From NCBI RefSeq assembly GCF_963921235.1, contig NC_086108.1:75146001-75210000 (forward strand): a stretch of DNA of 64,000 nt, in the 5' to 3' direction. The stretch comes from Mobula hypostoma (Eukaryota). The notes beneath the pieces are model-generated. The model saw only the letters and a program-made list of their open reading frames with translations. It made no database searches and was not told the DNA's origin. A program made the translations under genes and the position numbers. Of the stretch, positions 12,890-25,889 are shown piece by piece (position 1 is the first letter of the stretch; every line of letters begins with the position of its first letter).

Positions 12890-13378
12890 TTAATCAGATG
12901 TGAATTCATGACTCACACAAGAGGCTTGAGCACAAAACTCTGGAACAACTTTCCAGTGTATTCAAAAGAATGCTAGATTGTCAGAGTTGCTGTAATTCTG
13001 ATGCGATGCAAGTCACTTCCTGCATCTCAGATGCCTCTTTTCTAAATAAAAAGCACCATTTTAGAGAAGGGAAGGGGATTTCTTCCTAACTTCATGAACA
13101 ATGTCTATCACTTAACAAATAACGCTTAATAACAACATGGCTATTAAGATTAGTTACTATAGAACCATAGAACACTACAGCACAGAAAACAGGCCATTCG
13201 GCCCTTCTAGTCTATGCTGAAACTTTATTCCGCTAGTCTGTTACGGTGGAAGTTGTGTGAGTTGGTTGCCATATCATTTACCTACAAGAGTAACTCGAGT
13301 TCTAAGGCATTTCTCGGGTGTCTTAAAGACATCCCGAGGATGTGAAAGTCACTATTTGAATGCAAGTCATTCTTCTTT
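12890..13378 (+). mobile_element. SacSINE1/DeuSINE-like ancient SINE, split by a CR1 tail
   Basis: GGCTTGAGCACAAAA head, TTGTCAGAGTTGC core and 3' end GACATCCCGAGGATGTGAAAGTCACTATTTGAATGCAAGTC resemble the recalled SacSINE1 consensus. Confidence 0.6.
13158..13238 (-). mobile_element. CR1 3' tail-only insertion (about 80 bp)
   Basis: ATAGAACCATAGAACACTACAGCACAGAAAACAGGCCATTCGGCCC, same tail type as at 25108. Confidence 0.8.
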
Positions 13379-14569
13379 TATCCATGAAGTAAAGTGCAGC
13401 TGGAAATCAAAATAAACCCAGAGGATAGTATAAATTGAGATGGAATCAAAGGTAACATTTCAGGTCTTTAAACTGTTTCTCAGAACTACGTGAGTTCTTT
13501 AGATCTGTAACTACAAATTACAGAAGTAGACAAGGGCTACCTTACATTTGGCAGGGGCAGGAGTTAACAGATCAATTCTTATTTTTGATTTGTTTGCATT
13601 TTAAATCATTTGTTTGTAATCTGCTCCACATAGGCATTTAAATGTAGACACTGTAATGTCAATAACCACAGTGATGCTTGTTATTATCTCCCAGGTCTGT
13701 TACACAAAAACAGATTGGTCTTCTGAAGTTTCTTCCTGAAGTTTACTCTTTCATGCAGCTTATCACTTTTGTGCCCTTTTGGATTCTAGTGTTCCTCATT
13801 ATACTAGTCAACTTGTGATGTCAGATTTTGAATAAGCCAGACCAAAGAATACTATCCGTTTTGGCTCTACCTATCTTTTTATTGGTAGACTGCAGTGAAG
13901 ATTATGCTTTTTTAAGGCACGGTAAATCATCCTGTCAATGGCAGAGACATTGTTGATATTACAGTGAGCTTACTAGTCTCCTTATAGTTACATTGAGGCA
14001 CAATAGAGATGCTGAAGATTCAAAGATGTAAGCCATACTTTTATGCATGCTTTAGTCGATATTGAAAAGGTTCTTAGTTGAACTTTACTAAATTTATTGC
14101 ACAGGCTGTCAATTAATCAGTGATCTGATATCCATGCATTTCCTGACAGAGTACCTTTTATTGAAAACTCATCTGAGTGAAGAAAAAAGTGATCCTATGT
14201 TTCATTTGCATTTCCTGTTAAACTGCTGACATCAATCATATTTCAGTTCCTTAGTATGTGAGGGTTCTTGGTGGGTCTAAGAGCAAAGTAATACCACATC
14301 AAAATTATTATATTAAAATGTCAGTACATCAGGTTATGGGATGTTTATTGGATAGGAAACACTTGAAGCTCTTGTTGGTTGCCACAAATAAGCTTTCTCA
14401 CATATGTTTAACACATATGAGCAGCAGCCGGTATTTTCTCCAATTAAATCATGCACTAACAATTTTGATTTGAGTTTTCATTGCTTAGTGACGTATATCA
14501 CTGATGTAAACAGGAATATATTTATCTGTATTAAATTCTCACTTGTGTGTTTAACCAAATGAAGGGAGG

Positions 14570-14933
14570 TGTGGTTCATTCAGTATCGCTCATGCCTTTC
14601 AGTCAAGAGTTTGTGGATTCTAGTCAAGGAATTATGGGACAAATCCATGCTGTAGCTCCAAAACCAATCATCAGGGAATGTCATATCACTGGTGGTGGCA
14701 CCCTTTGGATGAGGCACAAGACTGAAAGCATGCGGGTTTGCTTAGCTGGATGCAAAATGTCCTATGAAAGTGAATTGATGAAGAACAACCTTTATCAATC
14801 ATTTAATCCTTCATTCAGCATTCTTGGAATAGATTAGCCATCCATGATATTATTGATATGTATTGAAATTTACTATGTGCAAACTGGCTGCTGTAGATCC
14901 TAGATTCTAACAGTGACTGAACTCGAATAAAAG
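14570..14933 (+). mobile_element. Second SacSINE1/DeuSINE-like SINE
   Basis: tRNA-like head, CAGGGAATG..CACTG..GGTGGCACCCTTTGGATGAG core and TGTGCAAACTGGCTGC..AACAGTGACT 3' block; ends where the Tigger element begins. Confidence 0.6.
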
Positions 14934-14935
14934 TA

Positions 14936-15372
14936 CAAACTGAGTACTCTTTATCCAAAATGCTGCGGGCCAGAAGTGTTTCAGATTTCAGGTTTTTTCA
15001 AATTTTGGAATATATAATGAGATAATTTAGGATCACCATAATTTCCAACTCTGAATTTATGTGCTACCGGTGAGCAGCCTTGGTCATAAACTTGTTCATC
15101 ACACGTATGTACTGATGCACATGCTCAGCATGTTAGATTTTCATCAGAGACGATCATGGCAAACTCATCAATAAATTTCTCTGCAGCTTTGTGATCAGCA
15201 GACGAATTATCACCACCAATCTTTAAAATTTTAATGCTGTACTTTTTCTCAAATTTCTGCAATCAGCCTGCTGAATATTTAGAATTACCTTCACATTTCA
15301 GTTCACCCCGATAGATCTTTGCTTGTTTTATGGTCAGCATACTGTTAAGCAGCATATGTTCACTCTGACCCT
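14936..15372 (-). mobile_element. TcMar-Tigger (Tigger4/Zombi-like) fragment: one TIR plus CENP-B HTH transposase piece
   Basis: TA followed by CAAACTGAGTACTCTTTATCCAAAATGC.. TIR; minus-strand translation of about 15125-15370 gives SEHMLLNSMLTIKQAKIYRGELKCEGNSKYSAG*LQKFEKKYSIKILKIGGDNSSADHKAAEKFIDEFA. Confidence 0.85.
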
Positions 15373-15819
15373 GTATCTATTCTATTTCTAACAGTAGAAT
15401 TAATTTTTCCCTGTGATCATATCAACACAAAAGCAGCTGTACGTTATTTTCCCCCAATACCAGTTGAAGAACAAGTAGAGCTCAGTTTAATTTTTTGTTG
15501 CATTTACTTTTGTAACTCTATTCCATTCAGTTCTGATCTAAAAGTGCTGACGATCTATCTCAAGAATGTAACAAAGGCAAGGAAAAGTCATTTGGTGCAT
15601 GAAAACTCATCTCTCAAATATTATTTTTGCCAATTTGTTTCAGAAATGTTTAACAATATTATTTTAGAGTTTTCTTAAAAATCTTTTCATTAAGTAATTC
15701 CATCTAATGTTTGTTTCAATTATAATTTGGCAAATTAAAATTATATTTTCTGTTTTTATTTTACTGTAATTTTCTTATCTATACTGAACACCTTATTTTT
15801 TGGCATTCCCTTTATATGC

Positions 15820-16560
15820 TTACAGCACAGAATGAGGCCACTCTGGCAGACTGGTCCATGCCATAGTTTATATCACTTCCACTCAAAGTACTACTTACGA
15901 TCACAGTATCATTCTGTTTCATTTCTATCTACTGTGCCTAATGTCTCCCCAAAGATATATAAAAGACATTTTCTCCAACCATGAATGTGACTGCAAGTTC
16001 TGCATGTTCTGTGTAAAGAAGATCCCCATCAATTCTTTATTAGAACTGCTGGCAATTATATTTTTAAGCCCTCATTCTGACCTCACCCTCAAATGAAAGC
16101 AATTTCCCTGCACTTACCCCTGTACAATTCTTTTAAAATGTATGTGTACTTCCTCTTCTAGCTAAGAAACAAACCTGGCTTATTTCAACTCTCACAAGTT
16201 TGATAATATCTTTAAAATCTTTTTTGCATTTTCTCCAATGATTTGATACTATTTACTTGTATTGCTGCACTGAAGTGCGGCTTAACTGAATCACTGTATT
16301 TTAACAATATGTCTCAACTTTTTATTCTATTCCTCTGGAAATAAACTTTTATAATTGAATTTCTTTATAGCCTTAATATTTGATTAGTATTTTGTGTATC
16401 TGTTTTTTGGATCTCTTTGCTTCCCTTCCCCGTTTATTTCCTTATCTTCTGAGAAATAAACCGATCCTTTATTCATTCTATGGAAATACATGACTGTGGA
16501 CTTTGTTATGTTGAATTTCATTTATCATTAATCTCTGTATTTGCTAAGTCAGTTTATCTC
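15820..16560 (-). mobile_element. Very old CR1 3' region
   Basis: ACAGCACAGAATGAGGCCA tail motif, then decayed TGTGTAAAGAAG, TTTTTGCATTTTCTCCAATG and GTTGAATTTCATTT colinear with younger CR1 copies. Confidence 0.55.
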
Positions 16561-17333
16561 TTTCTGCTCTTGTGCAACTTTTCAAATTAGCTTCATTTAT
16601 GAAATTCAATACAACTTAATCATAAACATACATAGTACGCAGTTGTGGTTTCAGCAGAGATTTCTCCAGTTCACTGCTTATTGCCAGACTGAGAAACTTT
16701 TCATAATTTTTGCCACTGCTTACTGATTTATATCCAGATTTCAATAAATTCTGCATTCCAGTTCCTGACCTCGCTAGCCCGTGTCCTTTAACGGCATTTG
16801 ACTGAAAGTCCAAACAATACAATATCCATTGCATTGCCCTTGGCTAATCGTTCTATTCTCTATTCAGAAAAAAGTAATAATATTATTTACAAGACTTACA
16901 TTTAGAAAATAGACTTTGCTATTTTTAAAGATGCCCACCTTTCTTTAGGTAGTTTCTGATCTTATCAATGTTTTTAGTACGTTTTTCTGCCATTTATTTA
17001 AAGATAAAAACTGGTTATCAACTATTACTACTTCAATTCTCTAAATTCCTTCATGGTTCTGTTGTTTTCCAACTACATGTCTACCTTTCCAGCAAGTCTG
17101 TGACCAATTACTTTGAAATCATTTACAGTTCTCTAGCCCTATTTTTTAAAAAAATAAAGTGACATTAGTATGTCTTCTGTTTCTTTGCTGAGTTTTCTTT
17201 GAATACCCACAAATAAAATCTACATTGATCTGGAATCCCATCTTAGCTTACTCAGCCTGCCATGATGTCATATTTTCATCTGAGCTGTTACAATTTCCTT
17301 AAAATTCATTTTATTTTTTTGCACTCTAAATTC

Positions 17334-18780
17334 ATAGTCAAGTTTATTGTCATATGCACAAGTACATCTATGCACAGGTGCAATGAAACCAGGTATGTTG
17401 TATCATATATGCAGCATTTACGAGAAAATCATAAATTATAACCCGTATACCCCATGTTTTTAAAAAGCAAGAACACAATTAGAAAAAAAATCTTTTTTAG
17501 AACAAAGTGATCAAATCAAATTGGTAAATTAGTTTCTTATTTTCACACGTACTGAGGTAGAGTGAAGAACTTTGAATTGCAAGCCATCCATATAGATCAT
17601 ATCATTATATCAGTGCATTGCAGTGATACAAGGAAAACCAATAACATAATTCAGAATAGTTGTTAAAGTTACAGAGAATGTTCAGTCTAGGCAGATAACA
17701 AGGTGCAAGGTTATAGTGAGGTAGATTGTGAGGTCAATAATCCATCTTGTAACAGTTCAATAGGCTTATTACTACACGATAGAAGCTATACTTGAGCCTG
17801 GTGGTACATGAGGGGAAAAGAGAGAATGTCCAGGCTGAGTGGGGTCTTTGATTGTGTCGACTGCTTTACCAAGGCAATGAGAAGTATGGACAGAGTCCAT
17901 AAAGGGGTGGGACGGACTGGCTTTCATGCTTTTCAGCAATCCTCTGTAGTTCTTTGTAGTCACGTGCAGAGGAGTTACCATACCAAACTGTAATGTGTCC
18001 AGATAGCATCAGTAAAATTGCTGAGGGTTAAAGGGGACATACCATTTTCTTTAGCTTCCTGAGGATGTAAATGTGCTGGTGCGTTTCTAGGCCATGGTGA
18101 TATTTATTCCTAGCAACCTGAAGCTCTCAACCCTCTCGTTCTCGGCACAGTTGATGTAAACAGGAATGTGTGCAATGCTTCCCCCCATCCCCAAACCCTT
18201 CAATGAATAGCTCTTTTGATGCCATGCCACCAGGCTGTCTTTCTCCCTCCTGTTACTCCAACGTTGTTATCTGAGGTTCAGCCACTATGGTGGTGTCATC
18301 TACAATCTTGTAGACAGAGTCAGATCAGAATCCAGCCACACAGTTGTGATTGTATAGGGAGTAAAAGTAGTGGTCATGCTGTGGCTAAAATGTAGTGATT
18401 ATGGTTATGCTGTTGATTCAAGAATTAAATAGTTGAAGGAAAATAACTGCTCCTGAACCTGATTGTGCGGGACTTCAGGGTTCTATATTGCCTGCCTGAT
18501 GGTAGCTGTGTGAAAATGGCATGGAATGGAAGGTGGGGATGCTTGAACATGGATGTTGCCTTCTTAAGGCAGTACCTTCTGTAGATGCTATCACTGGTAG
18601 GGAGAGATGTGGCCACGATACACTGAGTCCATCACTCTCCGTAGCTTCTATTGTCCATACACATTCAAATTGTTATACTGGACCCTGATGCAACCAGTCA
18701 TAAAATTCTCAACAGTACATCTGCAGAATTTGTTAGCACGTTCGGAGACACTCAGAATCTCCTTAACTTCCTAAGAAATT
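17334..18780 (-). mobile_element. Two nested Rex1/Babar-like 3' fragments (inner copy about 17511-18360)
   Basis: Two separate 3' tails (17334, 17512); ORF 17772..17981 reads CLGKAVDTIKDPTQPGHSLFSP and ORF 18425..18616 reads CLKKATSMFKHPHLPFHAIFTQLPSGRQYRTLKSRT. Confidence 0.75.
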
Positions 18781-18839
18781 GCACTGACACTATTTAGGCA
18801 TTTCCAGTGAAAATGAGGCCAAAATGTCTCAGTTTCTAA

Positions 18840-19287
18840 CGCTGCCTGGAATAGAGAGCATAACTGGTGAGGACAGATTGAGTGAGCTAGGGCGTATCTC
18901 TTTGGAGTGAAGGGGAATGAGAGGTGACTTGATAGAGGTATGTAAGATGATAAGAGGCATATACTGTATAGAGTAGACAGCCATCACCTTTTCCCCAGGG
19001 TGACAATGGCTAGTAGAGAGGGTATAATTTTAAGGTAATTGGAGGAAAGTATAGAAGGCTCTCAGAGATTGTTCTTTTTTAACACAGAGAGTAATGGGTG
19101 TGTGGACCACACTGCCAAGAGTGCTGGTAGAGGCAATTATATTTGAAACGTTTAAGAGACTCCGGGTGAAAGAAAAATGGAGAGCTATGTTGGTGGGAAA
19201 CGTTAGATTGATCTTGGAGTGGGTTAAAGGGTTGGCATAACTTCAAGAGTTGAATGGCCTACACTGTGCTGCAGTGCTCTATGGTGC
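18840..19287 (+). mobile_element. CR1 3' fragment
   Basis: GCTGCCTGGAATAGAG..GAGAGGTGACTTGATAGAGGTATGTAAGATGATAAGAGGC..TGGCCTACACTGTGCTG, homologous to 43100-43520. Confidence 0.85.
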
Positions 19288-20073
19288 ATTACTGCCCATT
19301 TAAGGTTCACACAATGCCCCTCTCCTGATCTTCTCTCCTTTCTGTTTCTTATGAAAATCTTTCCCTGCCTATAGGACTTTTCACTGTTTTGTGTAACCTT
19401 TTAATATTTTTTCCATCTCATTTTTCCTCTTTGCCTTTTACTTGTTTGCTCAATCCGCTTCTAAAGATCACAACTTCTTTTTTTGCCTTCTTTTCCATTG
19501 TTCTATATTTTTCTTTTCCTTCAGGTGACCTTTTGCCCTCATTCTTCTTTCCAAACCCATTCTGTTGTGATTGCTTGATAATGTTTCTCTAAAAAAAAGT
19601 TCAGCATTAGTTTTAATAACTCTTAATGAAAGAGTTATTAAAACTACTTCCTGTGATTTTTTTTAAGCTACTTGGTGGGAAACAGCTGAGATAGAGACAA
19701 ATAGATAATTCCTTAGCTTGTCTGGATGTTGCAATTGCAACCTACACCCCTTGAATGGAGAAGCACTTTGATTGTAATGGGTGAAATGAAAAGTATAGAG
19801 AAATAGGAAGATTTTCCAGAGTATCTCTCTGGGAATATTGACATTGATCTTTGTAGTCCATGTTTGTTTCTTCCAAGAAGTTGACCAAACAGGAGTGAAA
19901 TGTCTCACAACTTGAACCAATATGCAATGTTGTAAACATCTATATGTCTAGTCTCTGAAGATTTTACTGTAGTCTTCTGCTTAGATACCCAATATTCCAT
20001 TTGAAGTTTATTTGTTTTGCATTTAGTTTAAATGGCCAGAGTGGGTTTTTTTGTGATTTCCTTCAGTAATTTA

Positions 20074-21820
20074 TTTTAATGACTTTAAGTTCCCTAGCCC
20101 CGATTATCTTATTTTCACTATGGATATCCAGTCCCTCTACACATCTAATCCCCATCAGGAGGGTCTTAAAGCTCTCTGCTCTTTTTTGGACAACAGACCC
20201 AACCAATTCCCATCCACCACTCTCCTCTGTCTGGCAGAACTGATCCTGATCCTCAATAATTTCTCCTTCAGCTCCTCCCACTTCCTTCAAACAAAAGGTG
20301 TAGACTTGGGCCCTCGCATAGGTCCCAGCTATGCCTGCCTTTTTGTCGGCTACGTGGAACAGTCTATGTTCCAAGCCTAAACTGGTATCACTCCCAACTC
20401 TACATCAATGAATGCATTGGTGCTGCTCCCTAAACCAATGCTGAGCTTATCGATTTCACCAACTTTGCCTCCAACTTCCCCCCTCCTCAAATTTATTTAG
20501 TTCCTTTCTGACACCTCTCTCCCCTTCCTTGATCTCTCTGTCTCTATCTCTGGAGACAGTCTATCTACTGATATCTTTTGTAAACCCACTAACTCTCACA
20601 GCTATCTGGATTATATCTCTTCCCTCCCTGTCACTTTGAAAAATGCCATCCCTTCTCTCAGTCCCTCTATCTCTGCTGCATTGGCTCTCAGATGAAGCTT
20701 TTCATTCCAGAACAACAGAGATGTTCTCCTTCTTCTTAAAAAAATGGGATTCCCTTCCTCCACTGTCAACGCTGCCCTCAACTGCATCTCTTCCATTTAG
20801 TGCATATCTGCCCTCACCCCATGCTCCCGCCACCACACAAGTGATAGGTTTCATCTTGTCCTCACCTACCACTACACGACCCTCTGTGTCCAGCACATAA
20901 TTCTCCATATCTTCCACTGTCTCCAATGAGATCCCACCACAAAGCACATCTTTTCCTCTCCCTGCCAACCTCCACTTTTTGTATTCCACAGGGACTCCCT
21001 TGTCCACTCATCCCTCCTCACTCATCTCCCTCCTGGTACTTATACTTTCAAGCAAATCAAGTGCCACACCTGTCTGTACACCTCCTCCCTCATTACCATT
21101 CAGGGCTCCAAACAGCCCTTCCAGGTGAGGTGACACTTCACCTGTAAGTTTGTTGGGGGTTATCTACTGTATCCAGTGCTCCCCGTGTGGCCTCCTGTAT
21201 ACCGTTGAGAACTGATGTAGATCGGGAGGCCGCTTTGCCGAGAACCTTCCCTCCATCTGCCACAAAAAGCAGGATCTTCCAGTGGCCAGCCCTTTCAATT
21301 TTATTTCCCTGTTCCCATTCCGACATGTCAGTCCATGGCTTCTTCTATTGCCACAATGAGGCCACACTCAGGTTGGAGGAGCAACACCCTATATTTCATC
21401 TGGGTAGCCTCCAAACTGATGACATGATCATCAATTTCTCTAACTTCCGATATTTAACCAGCCCACCCCACCACCTCTTCTTAACCATTCCCCATTCCTC
21501 TTTTCCTCTCTCACCTTCCTCTGGGGCTCCTCTCCCTTCCCTTTCTTCCATGGTCTTTTGTCCTCTCCTATCAGCTTCCACCTTCTTAGCACTTTATCTT
21601 GTTCACCAATCAAATTCCCAGCTCTTTACCTCACCCCCTCACCCTCTCTCAGTTTCTCCTATCAACTGACACCTTGTACTTCTTCCTCCTCTCCCTCCAC
21701 CTTACTCTGACCTCTTCCCTTCCTTTCCCCATCCTAACGAAGGGTCTCGGCCCGAAACATCGACTGTTTACTCACTTCCATAGATGCTGCCTGGCCTGCT
21801 GAATCCCTCCAGCATTTTGT
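20074..21820 (+). mobile_element. Penelope-like element (RT, GIY-YIG endonuclease, pseudo-LTR), 5' truncated and decayed
   Basis: ORF 20120..20380 reads MDIQSLYTSNPHQEGLKAL..LNNFSF..FLQTKGVDLGPRIGPSYACLFVG; C-terminus EATLRLEEQHPIFHLGSLQ; mutated hammerhead CTAACGA..GAAACATC at about 21734-21761. Confidence 0.9.
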
Positions 21821-22538
21821 TACTAACGATTAGAGTTATACTGCATTGAAACAGATCCTTTGTCCCAATTAGTCCATGCTAATCAAGGTAACCAAGACTC
21901 AGCTAGACCCATTCTTCTGCATTTGGCTCACATCCCTCTAAACCTTTCCTATCCATGTACCTTTTCAAATGTTAATAATTGGATCAAAGTGGTTTACAGT
22001 AAGCAGTACTGTACATTTGTCACTCTTTACATTTTATTTAATAGTCCTTGCCCAGTTTGCTTAGTTTGTCTTACTTATCTATTTAATACACTTTATGTCT
22101 GTGTTCCTATGGTGTTCCAATTTAATTCAAAAACCTTCATATGGAAATCATCACACTGATTCATCCACTCTATACAGTTAGACAATGCATTACAGAAAAC
22201 ATAAGTTGCAATCTGTGTTCTCTATTCAAACATACCTTGTACTGAGACATGGAAGAACTCAATGAGTCAGGCAGCACTCGTGGAAGTAAATAGACAGCTG
22301 ATGCTTTGGGTTGCGACACATCTCCTGGGCACCTTTAAATGGACTTGTACTGTATTTACATTGGTCCGCTCTTCCTCGCAGGGTGCCCACCTACTTGGTC
22401 TATCAGCTCCCTCCTGAACCATCTGCGGTAGATTTCCCACTGATCTCAATTGTCACCTTAGAACCGATGGAACTCAAGTGACCCTACATCCTGGGGGATC
22501 TCTCTAAGATGAGGAGCTGCAAATGCAATTATATTTAA

Positions 22539-23038
22539 CCCTTACATACTATTCAGGTCAAATTTGACCCGTTTTGACATTTGACAGCAGTAAAAACAGC
22601 CTAAATGCCACTTTTTTAGCTGAAATTTGATGACTTTTCCTAAAGTGACCCAAAATGCACAAAAATGAAAATATTTTAAAATTTTATACTTTTGTACAGG
22701 TGCTAGAAATTTTTGTACATTGAGGCTGATCTGGGTCAAATTTGACCCGAATCTATTGAAATTGATTTTAGATCCCTGAAATATTAAGGATTAATGTACA
22801 TTGAGGCTGTTCCAGGTCAAATTTGACCCGTACCTATTGAAATGGATTTTAAATCTCTGAAACATTAATTAAGGATTAATCACCCATTTATTAATGTCAG
22901 ATAGGCTATTTAGACATTCTAAATAGATCTGTGGTTCAAAATTTGGTATTGACACTTGTTATGAGGGGATTCTTGGGCCGGGTCAAAATTGACCCAGACC
23001 ATACTGTGAAGGTACAGAATATGAACAGGTTGCCTGGG
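22539..23038 (+). mobile_element. piggyBac-type non-autonomous element (MITE), copy 1
   Basis: TTAA (22535-22538) CCC...GGG TTAA (23039-23042); repeated palindrome GGTCAAATTTGACC; internal 81/85-bp tandem duplication. Confidence 0.85.
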
Positions 23039-23060
23039 TTAATTTAAAAATTAAAAATCA

Positions 23061-23645
23061 TAGAGAAAGCAGGATCTCCTAGTGGCCACACGTTTTAATT
23101 CCACGTCCCATTCTCATTCTGATATGTCTATCCACGGCTTCCTCTACTGTAAAGATAAAGCCACACTCAGGTTGGAGGAACAACGCCTTATATTCCGTCT
23201 GGGTAGCCTCCAACCTGATGGCATGAACATTGACTTCTCAAACTTCCGCTAATGCCTCACCTCCCCCTCATACCCCATCCGTTATTTATTTATTTATCTA
23301 CACACATTCTTTTTCTCTCTCTCCTTTTTCTCCCTCTGTCCCTCTCACTACACCCCTTGCCCATCCACAGGGCTTCCCCCCACCTTTTCTTTCTCTCTAA
23401 GCCTCCTGTCCCATGATCCTCTCATATCCCTTTTGCCAATCAACTGTCCAGTTCTTGTCTCCATCCCCACCCCCATCTTCTCCTATCATTTCGGATCTCC
23501 CCCTCCCCCCCACTTTCAAATCTCTTACTAACTCTTCCTTCAGTTAGTCCTGACGAAGGGTCTTGGCCCGAAATGTCGACTGTACCTCTTCCAATAGATG
23601 CTGCCTGGCCTGCTGCGTTCACCAGCAACTCTGATGTGTGTTGCC
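23061..23645 (+). mobile_element. Penelope 3' fragment (GIY-YIG end plus pseudo-LTR) inserted at the MITE end
   Basis: Homologous to 26030-26573 and 39210-39800; 15-bp duplication GTTGCCTGGGTTAAT at 23029-23043 and 23640-23654. Confidence 0.9.
23546..23581 (+). ncRNA. Minimal type I hammerhead ribozyme motif (core intact, stem III variant)
   Basis: AGTC-CTGACGA-AGGGTCTTGGCCC-GAAA-TGTC-GACT. Confidence 0.6.
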
Positions 23646-24573
23646 TGGGTTAATAGTACCATCATGACTTGGATGTCTCTGGATACACTATTGTGTCTAT
23701 TGCACAGAGTTAAATCATAGGGAAAATGATGTAAGCTGCATAGCTGCATCCCTATCCTTCCCCTAGTGTTTTACATGCACGTCAAAAATATTCACCAAGC
23801 ATGGATAGAGGGGTAGTGACTGAACAATCTGACAATTTCTAAATGTACTATAACTGGGTCAAGTAATGTCAGATCACATTTATTATTATCCAGATAGTCA
23901 GCAATTCCGTTATTATGTAGATGATAGGCATTGATCTGTTGGGCCTGTTTCCATGCAGACAATAACTGACTGAGCCCTGATTGCTGTAGCAGCTGTCCTA
24001 CAGGTTTCATCAGAATGGAACTGAAAAATACCTTTGTTCAAAGCAATCACAAATTGCCACTACTGGTCAGGAAAAGATTTTAAAAAACATAGGCTCCACC
24101 TTTTATGTGGGATGACAAGGAATCCCTTAATTTGGTCATTGACACTTCGATATAACCCACATATTCTATCTCTGAATTTGGTCTGGTTGCTGTAAGATTT
24201 TATTTGCAAGTCAAAATCAAAGACTTTTGAGCTGCCCAATGAATGACATTTGATATATGTTATTACACTGGAATAATATATATTGAAGTATGTTACTTAA
24301 TCTCAGCCAGTTCTATGTTGGCCTAAACTCACACTATGGCCTCTCAGGCACCCTATGCTGCAAAGGCAGGATTAAGCTGTTCCATTTCAATGCTCTATAC
24401 TTGAGCCAAACCACAGGCCTGAAAAGCCCATTCTGCCAAAATCAACAATTCACAACCTGTTCTGAGCACAGATCTAAGACGGTATCCATCTACTCACTAA
24501 ACCTCTGCCTCTGTCTGAAATATCGTTTCCTCTTTTGTCACAACGATAATTAACTTATTGATTTATACATTAA

Positions 24574-24972
24574 CCCAGGCAACCTGTTCATTTTCTATAC
24601 CTTCACAGTACGGGGCCCAAGAATCCCCTCATAACAAGTGTGTATACCAAATTTTGAACCACAGATCTATTTAGAATGTATAAGTAGCCTATCTGGCATT
24701 AATAAATGGGTGATTAATCCTTAATTAATGTTTCAGAGATCTAAAATCTATTTCAATAGATACGGGTCAAATTTGACCCAGAACAGACTCAATGTGCAAA
24801 AATTTGTAGCACCTGTACAAAAGTATAAAATTTTAAAATATTTTCATTTTTGCACATTTTGGGTCACTTTAGGAAAAGTCATCAAATTTCGGCTAAAAAA
24901 TGGCATTTAGGGTGTTTTTGTTGTTGTCGAAAGTCAAAACAGGTCAAATTTGACCTGAACAGTATGTAAGGG
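24574..24972 (-). mobile_element. piggyBac-type MITE, copy 2 (inverted relative to copy 1)
   Basis: TTAA (24570-24573) CCC...GGG TTAA (24973-24976); reverse complement aligns to 22539-23038 apart from one duplication and one palindrome deletion. Confidence 0.85.
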
Positions 24973-25889
24973 TTAAAGAAATCAGACAAGCTTACCCAGC
25001 TGACTATAGCATATTCTAAGCACTTCTGTGTGGATTTTGTATTGTTTCCTGTACACATTTTTCATAAATGAACATCACTTATCCTTGGAAGCTCATAGGC
25101 TTCTTTCCATAGAACCATAGATCCATAGAAACTACAGCACAGAAACAGGCCTTTTGGCTCTTCTTGGCTGTGCCGAACCATTTTCTGCCTAGTCCCACTG
25201 ACCTGCACACGGACCATAGCCCTCCATACACCTCCCATCCATGTATCTGTCCAATTCATTCTTAAATATTAAAAAAGAACCCGCATTTACCACCTCGTCT
25301 GGCAGCTCATTCCATACTCCCACCACTCTCTGTGTGAAGAAGCCCCCCTAATGTTCCCTTTAAACTTTCCCCCCCCTCACCCTTAACCCATGTCCTCTGG
25401 TTTTTTTCTCCCCTTGCCTCAGTGGAAAAAGCCTGCTTGCATTCACTCTATCTATACCCATCATAATTTTATATACCTCTATCAAATCTCCCCTCATTCT
25501 TCTACGCTCCAGGGAATAAAGTCCTAACCTATTCAACCTTTCTCTGTAACTGAGTTTCTCAAGTCCTGGCAACATCCTTGTAAACCTTCTCTGCACTCTT
25601 TCAACCTTATTTATATCCTTCCTGTAATTTGGTGACCAAAACTGAACACAATACTCCAGATTCGGCCTCGCCAATGCCTTATACAACCTCATCTTAACAT
25701 TTCAGCTCTTATACTCAATACTTCGATTAATAAAGGCCAATGTACCAAAAGCTCTCTTTACAACCCTATCTACCTGTAATGACACTTTTAGGGAATTTTG
25801 TATCTGTATTCCCAGATCCCTCTGTTCCAGTGCACTCCTCTGTGACTTACCACTCCTCAGTGCCTTACCATTAACCCTGTATGTTCTAC

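Noticed and set aside
22556..22995. Spaced palindromic repeats resembling a CRISPR array
   Set aside because: Irregular spacing, duplicated spacers, inside a TTAA-flanked eukaryotic MITE, and no cas genes
25832..25870. Small tandem duplication CACTCCTC..CTTAC next to the Penelope insertion
   Set aside because: Likely slippage within a dead CR1; no demonstrable link to the insertion
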